NCBI RefSeq assembly: GCF_026210795.1
Contig: NC_089432.1
Span: forward strand, 744,001-808,000
Reading direction: 5' to 3'
Length of the DNA stretch: 64,000 bases
Origin: Rhizophagus irregularis
Taxonomy: Eukaryota
The notes under the pieces were generated by a model. The model was not told the origin of the DNA, searched no databases, and saw only the letters and a list, made by a program, of their open reading frames with translations. Position 1 is the stretch's first letter, and each line of letters begins with the position of its first letter. Positions 39,127 through 53,359 of the stretch are shown in pieces. The position numbers and the translations under genes are program-made.

Positions 39127-42100
39127 TTAATCTTCAATCATACAATCAAGACTTTGAGACCCTTCTTCTAAAATTTCGTTAAGTCCGCGACTTGTATAAT
39201 GTGCTTGTGAATGATATTGCATAATAGAAGTACCTGCTTGTTCTTGCACTAAAGCTTTGTCTGCTTCTACAAATTCCAACATATCATTTTTTAATCGATT
39301 ATCAATATCAGATACTTCATACTCATAATTACCATCCTTGTTTATCTCATAATATTTATTAATACATCTAATCCATTCAGATATAATTATTTCAAGCACT
39401 ATTATGGTTGGTCTATTGGATGGATCTGAATCCCAACATTTTTTCATTAAATCTATATAACACTTGGGTGTAGTTTTTATAATTTCAGGTCGTTCCCCTC
39501 TACTACAAATATCCAAGGTAAGGTGATGATCATGTGCTTTATAATTAAATGGAGGAATACCTGATGTAAATTCCCACATTATCATTGAAAAGCTATAAAT
39601 ATCACTTGCTGTAGTATAGGCTTTTTTTCTTAATAATTCGGGCGCCATATAAGGTAAAACTCCATAAATTTTATTCACTTTATTATCAGAATATTGTAAA
39701 TCACTTATAGGTTTACATAATCCTAAATCAATAATAAATAACTCATAATTATCTGATATTAAAATATTACCATCATGGAAATCACCATGAGTTAAATTTG
39801 ATTCATGGATTACTTTAAGTCCTAATATAATTTTTTTCAACAATTGTAACTTTTCTTGCCACTTAAGTTTAATTATATCAGATAAACATTTTCTCAAACT
39901 TCCTTTTTTTGCATAACTCATTATTATTATATAATTTAAATTTTTCGGATCTTGGGTAATTCCAAAAAATTGAGTAAATTTTGAAAATGATTTCTTCTGA
40001 CAATTATAATGATATTTCCACTATATATATATAATAAAAAAGATTATTAAATTTTTGAAAAAGAAATAGAGTATTGCTAATATCACCGTTGGCGATTGTT
40101 ACCTTACCAAAATTAGGGTGGCAGAATTAAAAATTTCATGAAACTCCACCCACTAATTCTGGTACAGTGATGATCATCCATCGGTGATATTTAGGCAATT
40201 TTCAACTATTAAATATAAATACTATACCTCATCCAGAAATTTGCTATTTAAACCTGATGAATTATTAAGTGATTTGAGAATAACTTCATAATCTGTTTGT
40301 CTGTTCCATTGTTGTTTGTCAAAATTCCAACTATAAATAGGTCCATCTGACCAGATAGCTTTATGAATTTCACTGAATCCTCCTTTATCATAATAATTAA
40401 TATTTGACAACTTATTATAAGGTATCCACTCTAAAATTTCATAACTATTTTTAGCATTTAGTTGTGCTTCTTGAATAAATTTATCAATAAATTCATTTTT
40501 ACTAGTCCACTTTGAAAAATCTTGTTGGAATTGTTTAGTATTACATTGTTGGCACCACTGGTAATCAGTATATGGTTGTTTGCACTCATTACATAATTCA
40601 GCTTCATTTTTAGGGTTCATTTTGTTATTTTCTGCAGCTTTTTGATGCCAATAAAAAGCCTTTTCAAAATTCTTTTCTATTCCTTCTCCATTATTGTAAC
40701 TATTGGCCAAATTAATCATTGCTTCAGTATAACCATATTCTGCTGCTTGTTGATACCAATAAAATGCTTCTTTTAAATTCTTTTCTGTTCCTTCTCCATT
40801 TTTATAACATATACCTAAACTATTCATTGCTTCTTTACCACCATTTTCTGCTGCTTTTTGGTACCAATAAAATGCTTCTTCTAAATTCCTTTCTGTTCCT
40901 TCTCCATTTTTATAACATATGGCTAAACTATTCATTGCTTCTTTGTCATCGTTTTTCGCTGCTTTTTGATACCAATAAAATGCTTTTTCTAAATTCTTTT
41001 CTGTTCCTTCTCTATTTTTATAACATACAGCCAAACTATTCATTGCTTCTTTATCATTATTTTCTGCTGCTTTTTGATACCAACAAAATGCTTTTTCTAA
41101 ATTCTTTTCTGTTCCCTCTCCATTTTTATAACATACAGCTAAATTAAACATTGCTCCAATGTGATCTTCTTCTGCTGCTTTTTGATACCAATAAAAGACT
41201 TTTTCTAAATTTCTTTCAGTACCTTCTCCAAGTTCATAACATATAGCTAAAGTATACATTGCTTCAATATAATTTTTTTCTGCTGCTTTTTGATACCAAT
41301 AAAGGGCTTTTTCTAAATTCTTTTCTGTTCCTTCTCCATTTCCATAACATATGGCTAGATTAAACATTGCTTCTTTAACACCATTTTCTGCTGCTTTTTG
41401 ATACCAATAAAAAGCTTTTTCTAAAATTTTTTCTGTTCCTTCTCCAATTTCATAACATATAGCTAAACTATTCATTGCTTTAATATGACCATTTTCTGCT
41501 GCTTTTTGGTACCAATTAAAGGTTTTTTCTAAATTTTTTTCTGTTCCTTTTCCATTTTCATAACATATAGCTAGATTAAACATTGCTTCAATATAATCTT
41601 CTTCTGCTGCTTTTTGATACCAGCAAAATGCTTTTTCTAAATTCTTTTCTGTTCCTTTTCCATTTTCATAACGTATGGAAAGATTAAACATTGCTTCTTT
41701 AATGCCATTTTCTGCTGCTTTTTGATACCAATAAAGGGCTTTTTCTAAATTCTTTTCTGTTCCTTTTCCATTTTCATAACATATGGCTAGATTAAACATT
41801 GCTTCTTTAATACCATTTTCTGCCCCTTCTTGATACCAAGAAATGGCTTTTCCTAAATTCTTTTCTGTTCCTTCCCCAATTTCATAACATATGGCTAGAT
41901 TAAACATTGCCTTAATGTGACCATTTTCTGCTGCTTTTTGATACCAATAAAAAGCTTTTTCTAAAATTTTTTCTGTCCCTTCTCCATTTTTATAGCATCT
42001 ACCTAAACTATTCATTGCTTCTTTATCACCATTTTCTGCTACTTTTTGATACCAATAAAAGGCTTTTTCTAAATTCTTTTCTGTTCCTTTTCCATTTCCA

Positions 42101-45100
42101 TAACATATGGCTAGATTAAACATTGCTTCTTTAACACCATTTTCTGCTGCTTTTTGATACCAATGAAGGGCTTTTTCTAGGTACTTTTCTGTTCCTTCTC
42201 CAATTTCATAGCATATGGCTAGATTAAACATTGCTTTAATATGATCATTTTCTGCTGCTTTTTGATACCAATAAAAAGCTTTTTCTAAAATTTTTTCTGT
42301 CCCTTCTCCATTTTTATAGCATATGCCTAAACTATTCATTGCTTCTTTAACACCATTTTCTGCTGCTTTTTGGTACCAATAAAAGGCTTTTTCTAAATTC
42401 TTTTCTGTTCCTTTTCCATTTCCATAACATATAGCTAAACTATTCATTGCTTTAAGATGAACATTTTCTGCTGCATTTTTATACCAATAAAGGGCTTTTT
42501 CTAAATTCTTTTCTGTTCCTTTTCCATTTTAATAACATATAGCTAGATTAAACATTGCTTCTTTTACACCATTTTCTGCTGCTTTTTGATACCAGCAAAA
42601 TGCTTCTCCTAAATTCTTTTCTACTCCTTTTCCATTTCCATAACATATAGCTAGATTAAACATTGCTTCTTTAACACCATTTTCTGCTGCTTTTTGATAC
42701 CAGTAAAATGCTTTTTCTAAATTCTTTTCTGTCTCTTCTCTATTTTTATAACATATGCCTAAACTATTCATTGCTTCTTTATCACCATTTTCTGCTGCTT
42801 TTTGGTACCAATAAAGGGCTTTTCCTAGATTCTTTTCTGTTCCTTCTCCAATTTCATAACATATGGCTAGATTAAACATTGCTTCTTCAATACCATTTTC
42901 TGCTGCTTTTTTATACCAACGAATGGCTTTTTTTAAATTCTTTTCTGTTCCTTCTCCATTTTCATAATATATAGCTAAACTATTCATTGCTTTAATATGA
43001 CCATTTTCTGCTGCCTTTTTATACCAATGAAAGGCTTTTTTAAAATTCTTTTCTATTCCTTCCCCAATTTCATAATATATAGCTAAACTATTCATTGCTT
43101 CTTTAACACCATCTTCTGCTGCCTTTTTATACCAATGAAAAGCTTTTTCTAAATTCTTTTCTGTTCCTTCCCCAATTTCATAACATATAGCTAAACTATT
43201 CATTGCTTCTTTAACACCATCTTCTGCTGCTTTTTGGTACCAGTAAAATGCTTTTTCTAAATTCTTTTCTGTTCCTTTTCCATTTTCATAACATATGGCT
43301 AGATTAAATATTGCTTCTTTAACACCATTTTCTGCTGATTTTTTATACCAGCAAAATGCTTTTTCTAGATTCTTTTCTGTTCCTTTTCCATTTTCATAAC
43401 ATATGGATAAATTAAACATTGCTTCTTTATCATCATTTTCTGCTGCTTTTTGGTACCAATAAACTGCTTTTTCTAAATTCTTTTCTGTTCCTTTTCCATT
43501 TTTATAACACACAGCTAGATTAAACATTGCTTTAATGTGACCATTTTCTGCTGCTTTTTGATACCAATGAAGAGATTTTTTAAAACTCTTTTCTGTTCCT
43601 TCCCCAATTTTATAACATATGGCTAAAATATTCATTGCTTCTTTATCATCATTTTCTGCTGCTTGTTGATACCAATAAACTGCTTTTTTTAAATTCTTTT
43701 CTGTTCCTTTTCCATTTTTATAACATACAGCTAGATTAAACATTGCTTCATTAACACCATTTTCTGCTGCTTTTTGGTACCAGCAAAATGCTTTTTCTAA
43801 ATTCTTTTCTGTTCCTTTTCCATTTTCATAATATATGGATAGATTAAACATTGCTTCTTTAACACCATTTTCTGCTGCTTTTTGGTACCAGCAAAATGCT
43901 TTGTCTAAATTCTTTTCTGTTCCTTTTCCATTTTCATAACATAAGCCTAAAATATTCATTGCTGCTTTGTTATCATTTACTGCTGCTTTTTGATACCAGC
44001 AAAATGCTTCTTCTAAATTCTTTTCTGTTCCTTTTCCATTTTCATAACATATGCCTAAACTATTCATTGCTTCTTTATCATCATTTTCTGCTGCATTTTT
44101 ATACCAATAAAATGCTTTTTCTAAATTTTTTTCTGTTCCTTCTCCATTTTCATAACATATGGCAAGGTTAAACATTGCTTCCTTAATACCATTTTCTGCT
44201 GCATTTTGATACCAGCAAAATGCTTTTCCTAAATTCTTTTCTGTTCCTTTTCCATTTTCATAATATATGGATAGATTAAACATTGCTTCTTTAACACCAT
44301 TTTCTGCTGCTTTTTTATACCAACGAAAGGCTTTTTTTAAATTCTTTTCTGTTCCCTTTCCAATTTCATAATATATAGCTAAACTATTCATTGCTTTAAT
44401 ATGACCATTTTCTGCTGCCTTTTTATACCAATGAAAGGATTTTTTTAAATTCTTTGCTGTTCCTTCCCCAATTTCATAATATATAGCTAAACTATTCATT
44501 GCTTTAATATGACCATTTTCTGCTGCCTTTTTATACCAATGAAAGGCTTTTTTTAAATCCTTTTCTATTCCTTCCCCAATTTCATAACATATAGCTAAAC
44601 TATTCATTGCTTCTTCAACACCATTTTCTGCTGCTTTTTGGTACCAATAAAAGGCTTTTTCTAAATTCTTTTCTGTTCCTTTTCCATTTTCATAACATAT
44701 GGATAGATTAAACATTGCTTCTTTGGCACCATTTTCTGCTGCTTTTTGATACCAGCAAAATGCTTTTTCTAAATTCTTTTCTGTCCCTTTTCCATTTTCA
44801 TAACATATTGCTAAACTACACATTGCTTCTTTATCAATGTTTTTTGCTGCTTTTTGATACCAATAAAATGCTTTTTCTAAATTCTGTTCTGTTCCTTTTC
44901 CATTTTCATAACATATGGCTAGGTTAAACATTGCTTCTTTAATACCATTTTCTGCTGCTTTTTGGTACCAGCAAAATGCTTTTTCTAAATTCTTTTCTGT
45001 TCCTTTTCCATTTTCATAACATATGCCTAAACTATTCATTGCTTCAATATCATTTTCTGCTGCTTTTTGATACCAGCAAAATGCTTTTCCTAAATTATTT

Positions 45101-45597
45101 TCCGTTCCTTCCCCAATTTCATAACATATGGCTAGATTAAACATTGCTTTAATGTGACTATTTTCTGCTGCTTTTTGATACCAATAAAAGGCTTTTTCTA
45201 AATTCTTTTCTGTTCCTTCTCCATTTTCATAACATATGGCTAGATTAAACATTGCTTCTTTAACACCATTTTCTGCTGCTTTTTGATACCAATAAAGTGC
45301 TTTTTCTAAATTCTTTTCTGTTCCCTTTCCATTATAATAGCAAATTGCTAAATTAAACATTGCTTCAATATGACCATTTTCCACTGCTTTTTGATACCAA
45401 TAAAAGGCATTTTTTAAGTTTTTTTCTGTTTCTTCTCCAGTTATATAATTATTGGCTGAATTAAACATTATTGCTTTATCACATTTCTTACACCATAGTT
45501 CTTTGGTAAAATGTTTATTGCAATATGAACAATTTTTGGAATTTACGTTATTGGTATTTTTATTCAAGATACTTGATTTACTAAATCTGGTTTCCAT
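39127..45597 (-). pseudogene. Giant Sel1-repeat (~45 units) + TKL kinase gene with one in-frame nonsense codon; exons 45597-40228 and 40020-39127
   Basis: ORFs 45597..42529 and 42447..40222 are in the same frame. TAA at 42531-42529 replaces the E/K codon of a repeat. The kinase has HGDFHDGN, IDLG, YMAPE. Confidence 0.85.
40069..40204. mobile_element. MITE-like palindromic element inside the kinase intron (40021-40227)
   Basis: Inverted ends TGCTAATATCACCG..GG / CC..CGGTGATATTTAGGCA; homologous to 22209-22346 and 50420-50467. Confidence 0.6.
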
Positions 45598-45764
45598 TCA
45601 GTTATGTAATGGATTTATTTTATTAAAAAAAAAATTTAATAGACAATTATTCTGTTGAGCATGAGTTATTAAAAAGAAATAATTTAGCCAAAAATATTTT
45701 TTATACAATATTATTTATGGCAAGTCGACGAGTCGTGCTTGACAAAAGTGTGCTGCACTTTACG

Positions 45765-45885
45765 GCAGGTACAGCAGGTACAACAGGTATCACGGCAGAT
45801 GTTGCAGCAGGTACAGCAGCAGGTACGGCGGTGTTGCAGCAAGTACAGCAGCAGGTACAGCAGGTGTTGCAGCAGGTACAGCACT
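45765..45885. repeat. GC-rich low-complexity repeat (CAGGTACAGCAG / CAGGTGTTGCAG)
   Basis: Direct inspection; explains the overlapping short ORFs here. Confidence 0.7.
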
Positions 45886-46329
45886 GGATTAATTATTAGA
45901 ATCCATATACATAACGCATAGAGCTGACCCAAAAGTTTATAGTAAGAAAGTGGTTTGGCATTTTTTTTTAAATTTTAAATATAAAAATGCTGAAACTTTT
46001 TATATTCAAATTATTAAGAAAAAAAAGTTCAAAAAAAAAACGTTTTTTATTTTTTTCTTAATGAAAAAAAAGTTGGGTTCAACGTTTTTAGAAAAATTTA
46101 AAACTTCTTTTATTTCTTTTATCGCGTTTGATGTTTATTATTTTTTTTTTAATGAAAAAAATATTTTTAGATAATTTTACAAAAATCCCGCATAACACGA
46201 GATCACGTGATTGTTTATTGATTTGTTATGATTTTTATATAAACCCTTACTTGATCTTCCGATCTTCCTTTCTGTCTTTCTCTTTTCTCTTGTCTTATTT
46301 TTGTTATTTTTTCTAAAATTTTCTTCTTT

Positions 46330-46635
46330 CTTCGTCACCCCCTTTTTAAAAAAAAAATTTTTTTTTTCGTACCTCACTTTAAAAAAGTTTTTTTTTCGTC
46401 ACTCTCCTTTAAAAAAAAATTTTTTTTCGTCACCCTTAAAAAAAAAAATTTTTTTGATTTTATTCTTTTATTCCCACTCTTCTTTTTTTTTAAAAAATTT
46501 TTTTTCTTTCTATTTCTATTTCCTCTCTAAAAAAATTTTATTTTTCTAACTTTGACGTCCTCCCTTTAAAAAAAATTTTTTTTTAACTTTTCTAACTTCG
46601 TTACCCCTCTTTTAAAAAAATATTTTTTTTTGATT
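46330..46635. repeat. Degenerate ~30-35-bp tandem units CGTCACCCC-TTTAAAAAAAA-TTTTTTT
   Basis: About six visible copies with self-complementary A/T tracts. Confidence 0.6.
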
Positions 46636-48059
46636 TATTCTTTTTCCCCTTTCTTTTTATTTATATTTATCCCTTTTTTTATTTCATAGGCCAGCAGATT
46701 TTTTTTTGTGAGAAGATTCAGTTTTCTTTTTTCTTTTTGTAGATCAGTTTGGGAGTCCTTTCCTTTTTGGGAAACTTTTTGCTCAATATACTCCAGTCTA
46801 TTATAAAAAACACCAAGGATAAAGCCTGAGGCGATCGTGGTATACTTTTGTTTATAACAACCTTTTGTACTCGGTCGACCGGTTGGGTTATCGTTAAACT
46901 CCCGAAATTCCTACATTGTCTTTAAGTTATATATGTCCGTCAAAAACCTTTCTTCAAAATTCTCAAAACTTGCAAGAAACGCCTCCATAAAGTCATTTGT
47001 GACCTCTTCCCGAGTTAAAACTATATTTTTCGACATTTTGTATTATAGTTTTATGGTATTTTTTAAAAAAATATTGCTTTATTTTTTGTTGGACCAAAAA
47101 TTACGGGAGAGAGTTTTTCTCTCATTTTCATGCCGACCTTAATTTATATATTTTTCAACCACAATTTTCATTTTATTTATATTATTAAAATTATAAAGTT
47201 TTCAGAGCAACTCTATTAAATGTATTCAATAACATATCAATAAATAAGGTAGGATGTTATAGATATATAATCCTTCTAATTATTTACATTATTTGGCTAA
47301 AAGTAATTCAAGGTTATCAAGATATTGATTATTTAAACAATTCTAACATATTTAAGATTGTGACAAAATTGAGAAATAAATGTTCAGAATTATATAATAA
47401 TATATTATAGCAACGAAACAAGATATATAAGAACCTGAAACTCAGAAAGAACAATAATTATTGTATATTAATTAATTATGAGAAAAAGATTTCAAAAAAA
47501 TCCTTAATCACTCCAATGATTTCTTGTCCAACATTAACTCAATCGAAAAAAGATATAGCTCGAAAAATAATCAGCCCAATATTATAATGCTTCGATCATC
47601 TGACGAACCCAAACATTTGATTGGCTATCAGGTCATGTGGACGTTCCGACACCCATTTTCATTATTAATCAACATTTCTTTTTTTTTTTGCTAATGCGAT
47701 CGACGACTTTTTTCCTTTCAGTTTCTTTAATGGTTAAACCAACTAAATTTTTTAATTGTTTTTTTTCGTTAGACTAAATTTTTTTTTGGTTTTTTTTCGG
47801 TTAAACCGAAGTTAAATTTAATAAATAAACTAGAATATGCATTTTGTAGGGAACTTCGTCCCCCATTGTTTAATTTTTTGTATTAAAATATTGAAATCAA
47901 ATCCATAAGTTGCATTTTGCTACATACCCTTTAAGAGAATAGTTTAAAAATTTTTTTCAATCAAAATTTTATTTTTTATAAACCAAAAATATATTTTTTT
48001 TAAAAAAAAGATAATTGAGATGCAAGTACATTTGACGAATTTTCTTTTCCCCAATCCTT

Positions 48060-48530
48060 TGCCTATTCTCATTACTAACTTTTTTCTCATCCAAGAAGCG
48101 TCTGTCTCCCTATCCTCTGATGTCTTGGGGTTGGTATCAACAGTTTCACAATCAGGCTTACACTGCTCGATCCAAAACGAAGTCGGGTAAATTGGTAGGT
48201 TTTTCGAAAAGGAAATCATTCTGTGGTTGTCTAGAATCCTGTTCCGACTTCGCAACTCTAGCAACATTCTCAGCGTCAAGCCTAGCATTCTCAGCAATAA
48301 TATCTGTCCTTCTCTTCTTCAACTCCTCGATTCTGGCCTTATGCTTGGCTCTTAGTTTTACAATCTCATCCATAGCCTCGTAGTACTTGGCCTCAAGCTC
48401 GAAATTCTAGGCCTCAAGTTCAGCTTTTTCATTCTAAATCTCATTATTCTCGGATTCAAGATCATCTTTCTCAGCCTTAACCTTAATGATCTCAGCCTCA
48501 ACAATAATTTTTAACCTGGATGACATGATC
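48060..48530 (-). pseudogene. Decayed coiled-coil protein gene fragment
   Basis: Heptad-like text (IIAENARLDAENVARVAK; KLRAKHKARIEELK) with stops and frameshifts. Confidence 0.4.
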
Positions 48531-48975
48531 GATTATAATTTTATATACAAGGATTACAGTATTCAATGTTACGTGGCAAATGTAAAGACGCTTTATTAAT
48601 ACAATGTTACGTGGTAAATATAAGGACGCTTTATTAATATGAAATAAAAAATAAATACATATTTGGTCTTAACCCGTAATAACGTAATATTTATATGTAC
48701 ATATAATGGGAAAATAAAATTTTATCGTTCTTAATAGTATATCCAAGCTATCAATGTAATTTAATAAGCCTGTGTAACAAGAAAGAATTTTGATCACGTT
48801 TCATCATTTGTTACTGATGATTACACATTCAGACTTTATAAACTGATAAAATGAGTAATATCAAAATTAGTTCATAAAAAGGTTGAGTATTATAAAAAGT
48901 AAGTTTTGAGTGTATAAAAAGATTGATTATTTAATTTAAAACCAATTGCTTCTATCAAATAATAAACAATTCAAA

Positions 48976-50071
48976 ATGAATTATTTAGTTTTCGCTAGAG
49001 AATACAAAAATATATTTCCAGATGCTTCACCTGATGATGTCAAGCAAGCTTACGAAGTTAGTCAAAGAAATGACAATTTAGGTAAGTTTGCATCCAAATA
49101 TCTAGCCAACACGAATATGACATTTACTCAGCTGTGTAGTATTTGTTGTTAATATGAAGCTAGTACTGTGACTTATACAGAGAAATCTTTTCCTTTTAGT
49201 AAACGTGGGGTCCGCCAACGATATATATATATTTGTAAATAATTCAAATCTTTTTTTTGAAGGAACTCGTTCAATCCGTCGATGTGAGGGTTTAGCTAAT
49301 AACGCCAAACTTACTATTGATTATGGAAGACTGCTTGAAGTCATTCAAGGTGATCGTGAATTAGGTCAGCATCCAATTCTCGTTGGTTATAAACCACCAT
49401 CCAGAGATACATTATGGGAACGTGTTCGAAATGCTGGGTATGATATAATCATTTTTGATCGTTGGGATTATCATGAGAAAGATGTTGGTAATGTAATTGG
49501 GTACTTGATTGATGAAGTAATTTTCACAAAGACTCCTGCTACGATTGCACTTGTCTCGGGTGATGGTGATTTTTATTGGAATGTCAAAGTAGCCCTAGAA
49601 CGAGGCTGGAATGTAGAAATTTGGGCTTGGAACTCAGGTGTTAAATGATTGTTGTTTTGTTCTTTCTCAACTCTATTTCTAAACCCGTTTATGTTATTAT
49701 TAGGTTTATCATTTTATGCCAAAAATATTTTGCCACCATTTCTTAATACAACTTTTATGCCACTTGAGGAATTTTATAGATATTTTTCATGGTGTTATGA
49801 TAATGTTAGTAAAGTTGGAGAAATGAGAGTTCTAAAGCTTGCTGACGGAAATGCGAATCGGAACTGGGGGAGTAATGATGTGATGGATTGTTTTGTAGAG
49901 CTGAATTTATTTGGGTGGTGGCACCGAGATCGACCAGGAATTCTGCTTTTATATTTTAGAAATCAGAATGAGATGCAGAATGCACAAGCATGGTTGAGTA
50001 GGAATCACCCTGAAATATGGGCTGGGGAATTAGTAACAAGACGGCGACATTCAAGACATAATAATAACTAA
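48976..50071 (+). CDS. NYN-domain (PIN-like fold) protein; exons 48976-49081, 49200-49637, 49704-50071
   Basis: YIFVNNSN, IDYGRLL, EKDVG, LVSGDGDF, GWNVEIWAW motifs; phase-1 GT-AG introns join the three ORFs in frame. Confidence 0.8.
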
Positions 50072-51286
50072 ATAATGTATGCCTATATGTGATGTTGTGT
50101 GTAACTGAATAAAAATAAATGTAAATTTTTTATATTAGCTATTTTTCAACTAACTGTCTAATATAAATGCAACTGATTTGTGATTATATAAATTAATATA
50201 TATTTAATACTAACCCATTTAATCTAGTTGAAATTTTGGTACTGATCCTAAATTTTTTATTGAACGACAAGGCTTTTATTTACCCTGATTTTAACCAACT
50301 TTAGTATTACACTGCAGGATAAATATTATGCAATTAAAATATCCATAGCAAGAAAGGTTTTTATAGTTTACCTATTTCACAATTGATTTTAATAATTTCT
50401 AAATATTGACAACTATCTAAATTCTGGTAAGGTGATAATCACCAGCGGTGATATTTAACAATACTCTAAAAAAAAATGAAAAAAAAATTAAATTTTGGTG
50501 GTTTAAAATAAAAACCAAAATAAAAAAATAAAATTATTTTTAATGTTCCCAATTCACTATTTTTAAATTACAATAAAAAGTTTTCTAAGAACTAAACAAA
50601 ACTTAGTAATAGCTAAATTTATTGAATTATTGTTATTATAACCAGTATATTCACATAAATAAAATTCCTTTTTAAAGTTTTTTTTCCATTATTCTCTAAA
50701 AATTTTATTAATAATTCACTTTTTAGACATATTTAAATTTGTAATTTTAAAAGTAGTATATTGTGAAGCTTCAAAATCTTAAACTGTATGAATTCTAATA
50801 TTTAAGTTCTTGGTAAGTCTGTAAATTTAGCGGTAAAGGATGCTTTTCAAAAAGTGATCTAAATTGATTAAGGTATTAGGAAGTTTTGTCATTAACGAAT
50901 TAATTTTATCATCATCAATATCATTCACTAAAGTAAAGTATTTTAAACCTTTCTGATCAAGAAATTAAATCTATCAAATTAACTGAAATATAACGTTATT
51001 ATACTATGACATATTTGAGATAATTGAAATTGAAGTCTTTTTTTTTTTACAATAACTTTCACTTAAAAGATCTTTTAAAAGTATGTCAAACTCCCCCATG
51101 AAAATGACCTCTTGTTGTAAAATAATTTATATGTAACACCGCGTGATAAGATAAAAGCCACATTGATTAGTGAAATTAGTCAATCGTACGGCCACTCGTA
51201 CGACCTGAAAATTACGTAACATTAATTCACTGATTTTTGATAAATTACTTTTTTTACTATTTTTATTTAACTTATTTATATTATAT

Positions 51287-53359
51287 TTAATTATTACTTG
51301 TAGAACTAGTAGATTGTTTATTATTTTGTAAAATTATTTGCTTCAAATCTTGAATTTCTCGTTTAAGTATTTGTATTTCATCATTAGCAATTGGAACAGA
51401 TTCTCGTCCGTGATTGTAACTCGTATTAATTATTGTAGCTGGAGCGAGAGGTTGTACTATTTCTTGTCCAGGGTAATAATTACTTTCATTTCTATTTCTA
51501 TTTATATCATTATTTATCACTTCAGGTTGTTGTACAATTTCCTGTCCGGGATAATAATTATTTCTTTCAGTTTGATAATTATTATTACTATTTTCATTTC
51601 TATTTCTATCTATATCATTATTAATTAATGAAGCTGGAACGGGTAGTTGTACTGTATCTTGTACGGGATAATAACTATAATTTTCTGCTTCATATTGATT
51701 ATAATTACTTTCATTTACAATTCTATTTCTACATCGTCTAAATAAATAGGCTCCTACAATTAATAATACAACACCACTAATCAAAAATACTACAATTACG
51801 CCAATTTTACTTGAAATATTATTAGAATCTTTGCTATAATATCCAGAATAAACTGATGGTGATGAAGATGGCGAAGTTGGCAACGGTATGGGAGCTGTTT
51901 TTGACGCTCCTGCTATTTTTGATGGTACTGCTGATGTTAATGCTACTACTTCGCCTAATGATAAAGATTTAAATTCATTCGTCCATATATATTCGTTTAT
52001 ATTACTGATGTCAAGTAACAGAATATCATTTTCATTATTTTTCTTATAATCTAATCCTATTAAAATTTATTATAACTTGGTTAATAATTTTATTAAACTA
52101 ATTTAAATAATAGTTTTAAAAGTATATTTACCAAATGATAATACCATATAATTTCCAATTACATTTGCTTTATGATACCTTCGGGACTCCGGAATTGACC
52201 CAGAAAATTTCGGGATACGCCATTCAAAATTTATTAAATTTAATTCATGAAGTTGATCTGGCGACGCAGTGAGAAAACCTCCAAAGGTGATTACTCTTTT
52301 ACCATCTAATCCTATTAAAATACAATTACATCTTATTTTAAAACACAGAAAATAGTTTGATAATATTATTGTTTATATACATACCAAGTACAGCGGATCC
52401 TCCATCTTTTCTAGGTGGTATCGTACCTGTAGTTGTCTATAATTTAATAATGAAAATGCTTAGTAGTAGTAAGTCTTTTACAATTAATTGATAATTTATA
52501 ATTACTTACTTTCGTACTCCAATTATTGTTTACTGTATCATATATATAAACCTATATAAATAATTAGTTAAACTAACCCAGAACAAAATTTTATCGGATA
52601 AAACAATAACCTCAAATCGGAATTTATTTATTGATTTCTATACCTCTGCTAAACTACCGGTACTACTATCTAAATAAAAATAAAAAAATGACATATATAA
52701 AGATAGTAAATACAAAGAATTATAGAATTACTTTGCTTACCTAGATAAATTATCTTGTTATCAGGCAATAAAATGGAAGTAATCTCCAATCCCATATTTT
52801 GTGTACCAATAGGACTTGCTTTTTTCCAAACTAAGTTTATTGTATCTAAAATATTAATATTAAATCCACTCCAGATATAGAAATCTATCATTCCATTATG
52901 GTTTATAGCTGTCATCTCATAATTTAAAAGAAACGACGGGTTTTCTCCTGCTATTTTTGGAATACTCCATGAATTACTTCGTGGATTAAATGTGTTAATT
53001 GATTCCATTTTAGGATATTTGGCATTACTGATGCCTACTAATATAAACAACGTATCATTATTTGCGCCACCTATCGCGGATCCAGAATTATAATGAGGAG
53101 AAAGGGTATTAATATTTGATAAATCATTCACTTTTAAATTTTGAGTATTAAATGAGACAGAAAAATCGATATAAAAAAATTCATTTCCAATTTCTTCAAG
53201 TGGGAAACCACCCAAAATATACAATTTTTTATCAAAAAGCGTTGCAGTATGACCACGCCGTTCTTTTAGTATATAGGGTGATATTTGGCAATTTATTTCA
53301 ATAAATAATTGAAATAAAAACCAAAATGTAATAATATAAACTCGATGTATTTGCAACAT
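51287..53359 (-). CDS. Type I membrane protein with signal peptide, Kelch/galactose-oxidase-like propeller, TM helix and N/Q/Y-rich tail; 6 exons (53359-52741, 52669-52644, 52551-52510, 52436-52385, 52311-52132, 52056-51287)
   Basis: Hydrophobic N-terminus; RRGHTATL..LYILGG Kelch motif; TM IGVIVVFLISGVVLLIVGAYLF followed by RR; splice sites keep the frame. Confidence 0.85.

Noticed and set aside
40719..44927. Plus-strand ORFs over the second Sel1 array
   Set aside because: Same antisense artefact.
45711..46549. Short ORFs in several frames
   Set aside because: Products of low-complexity repeats and A/T tracts.
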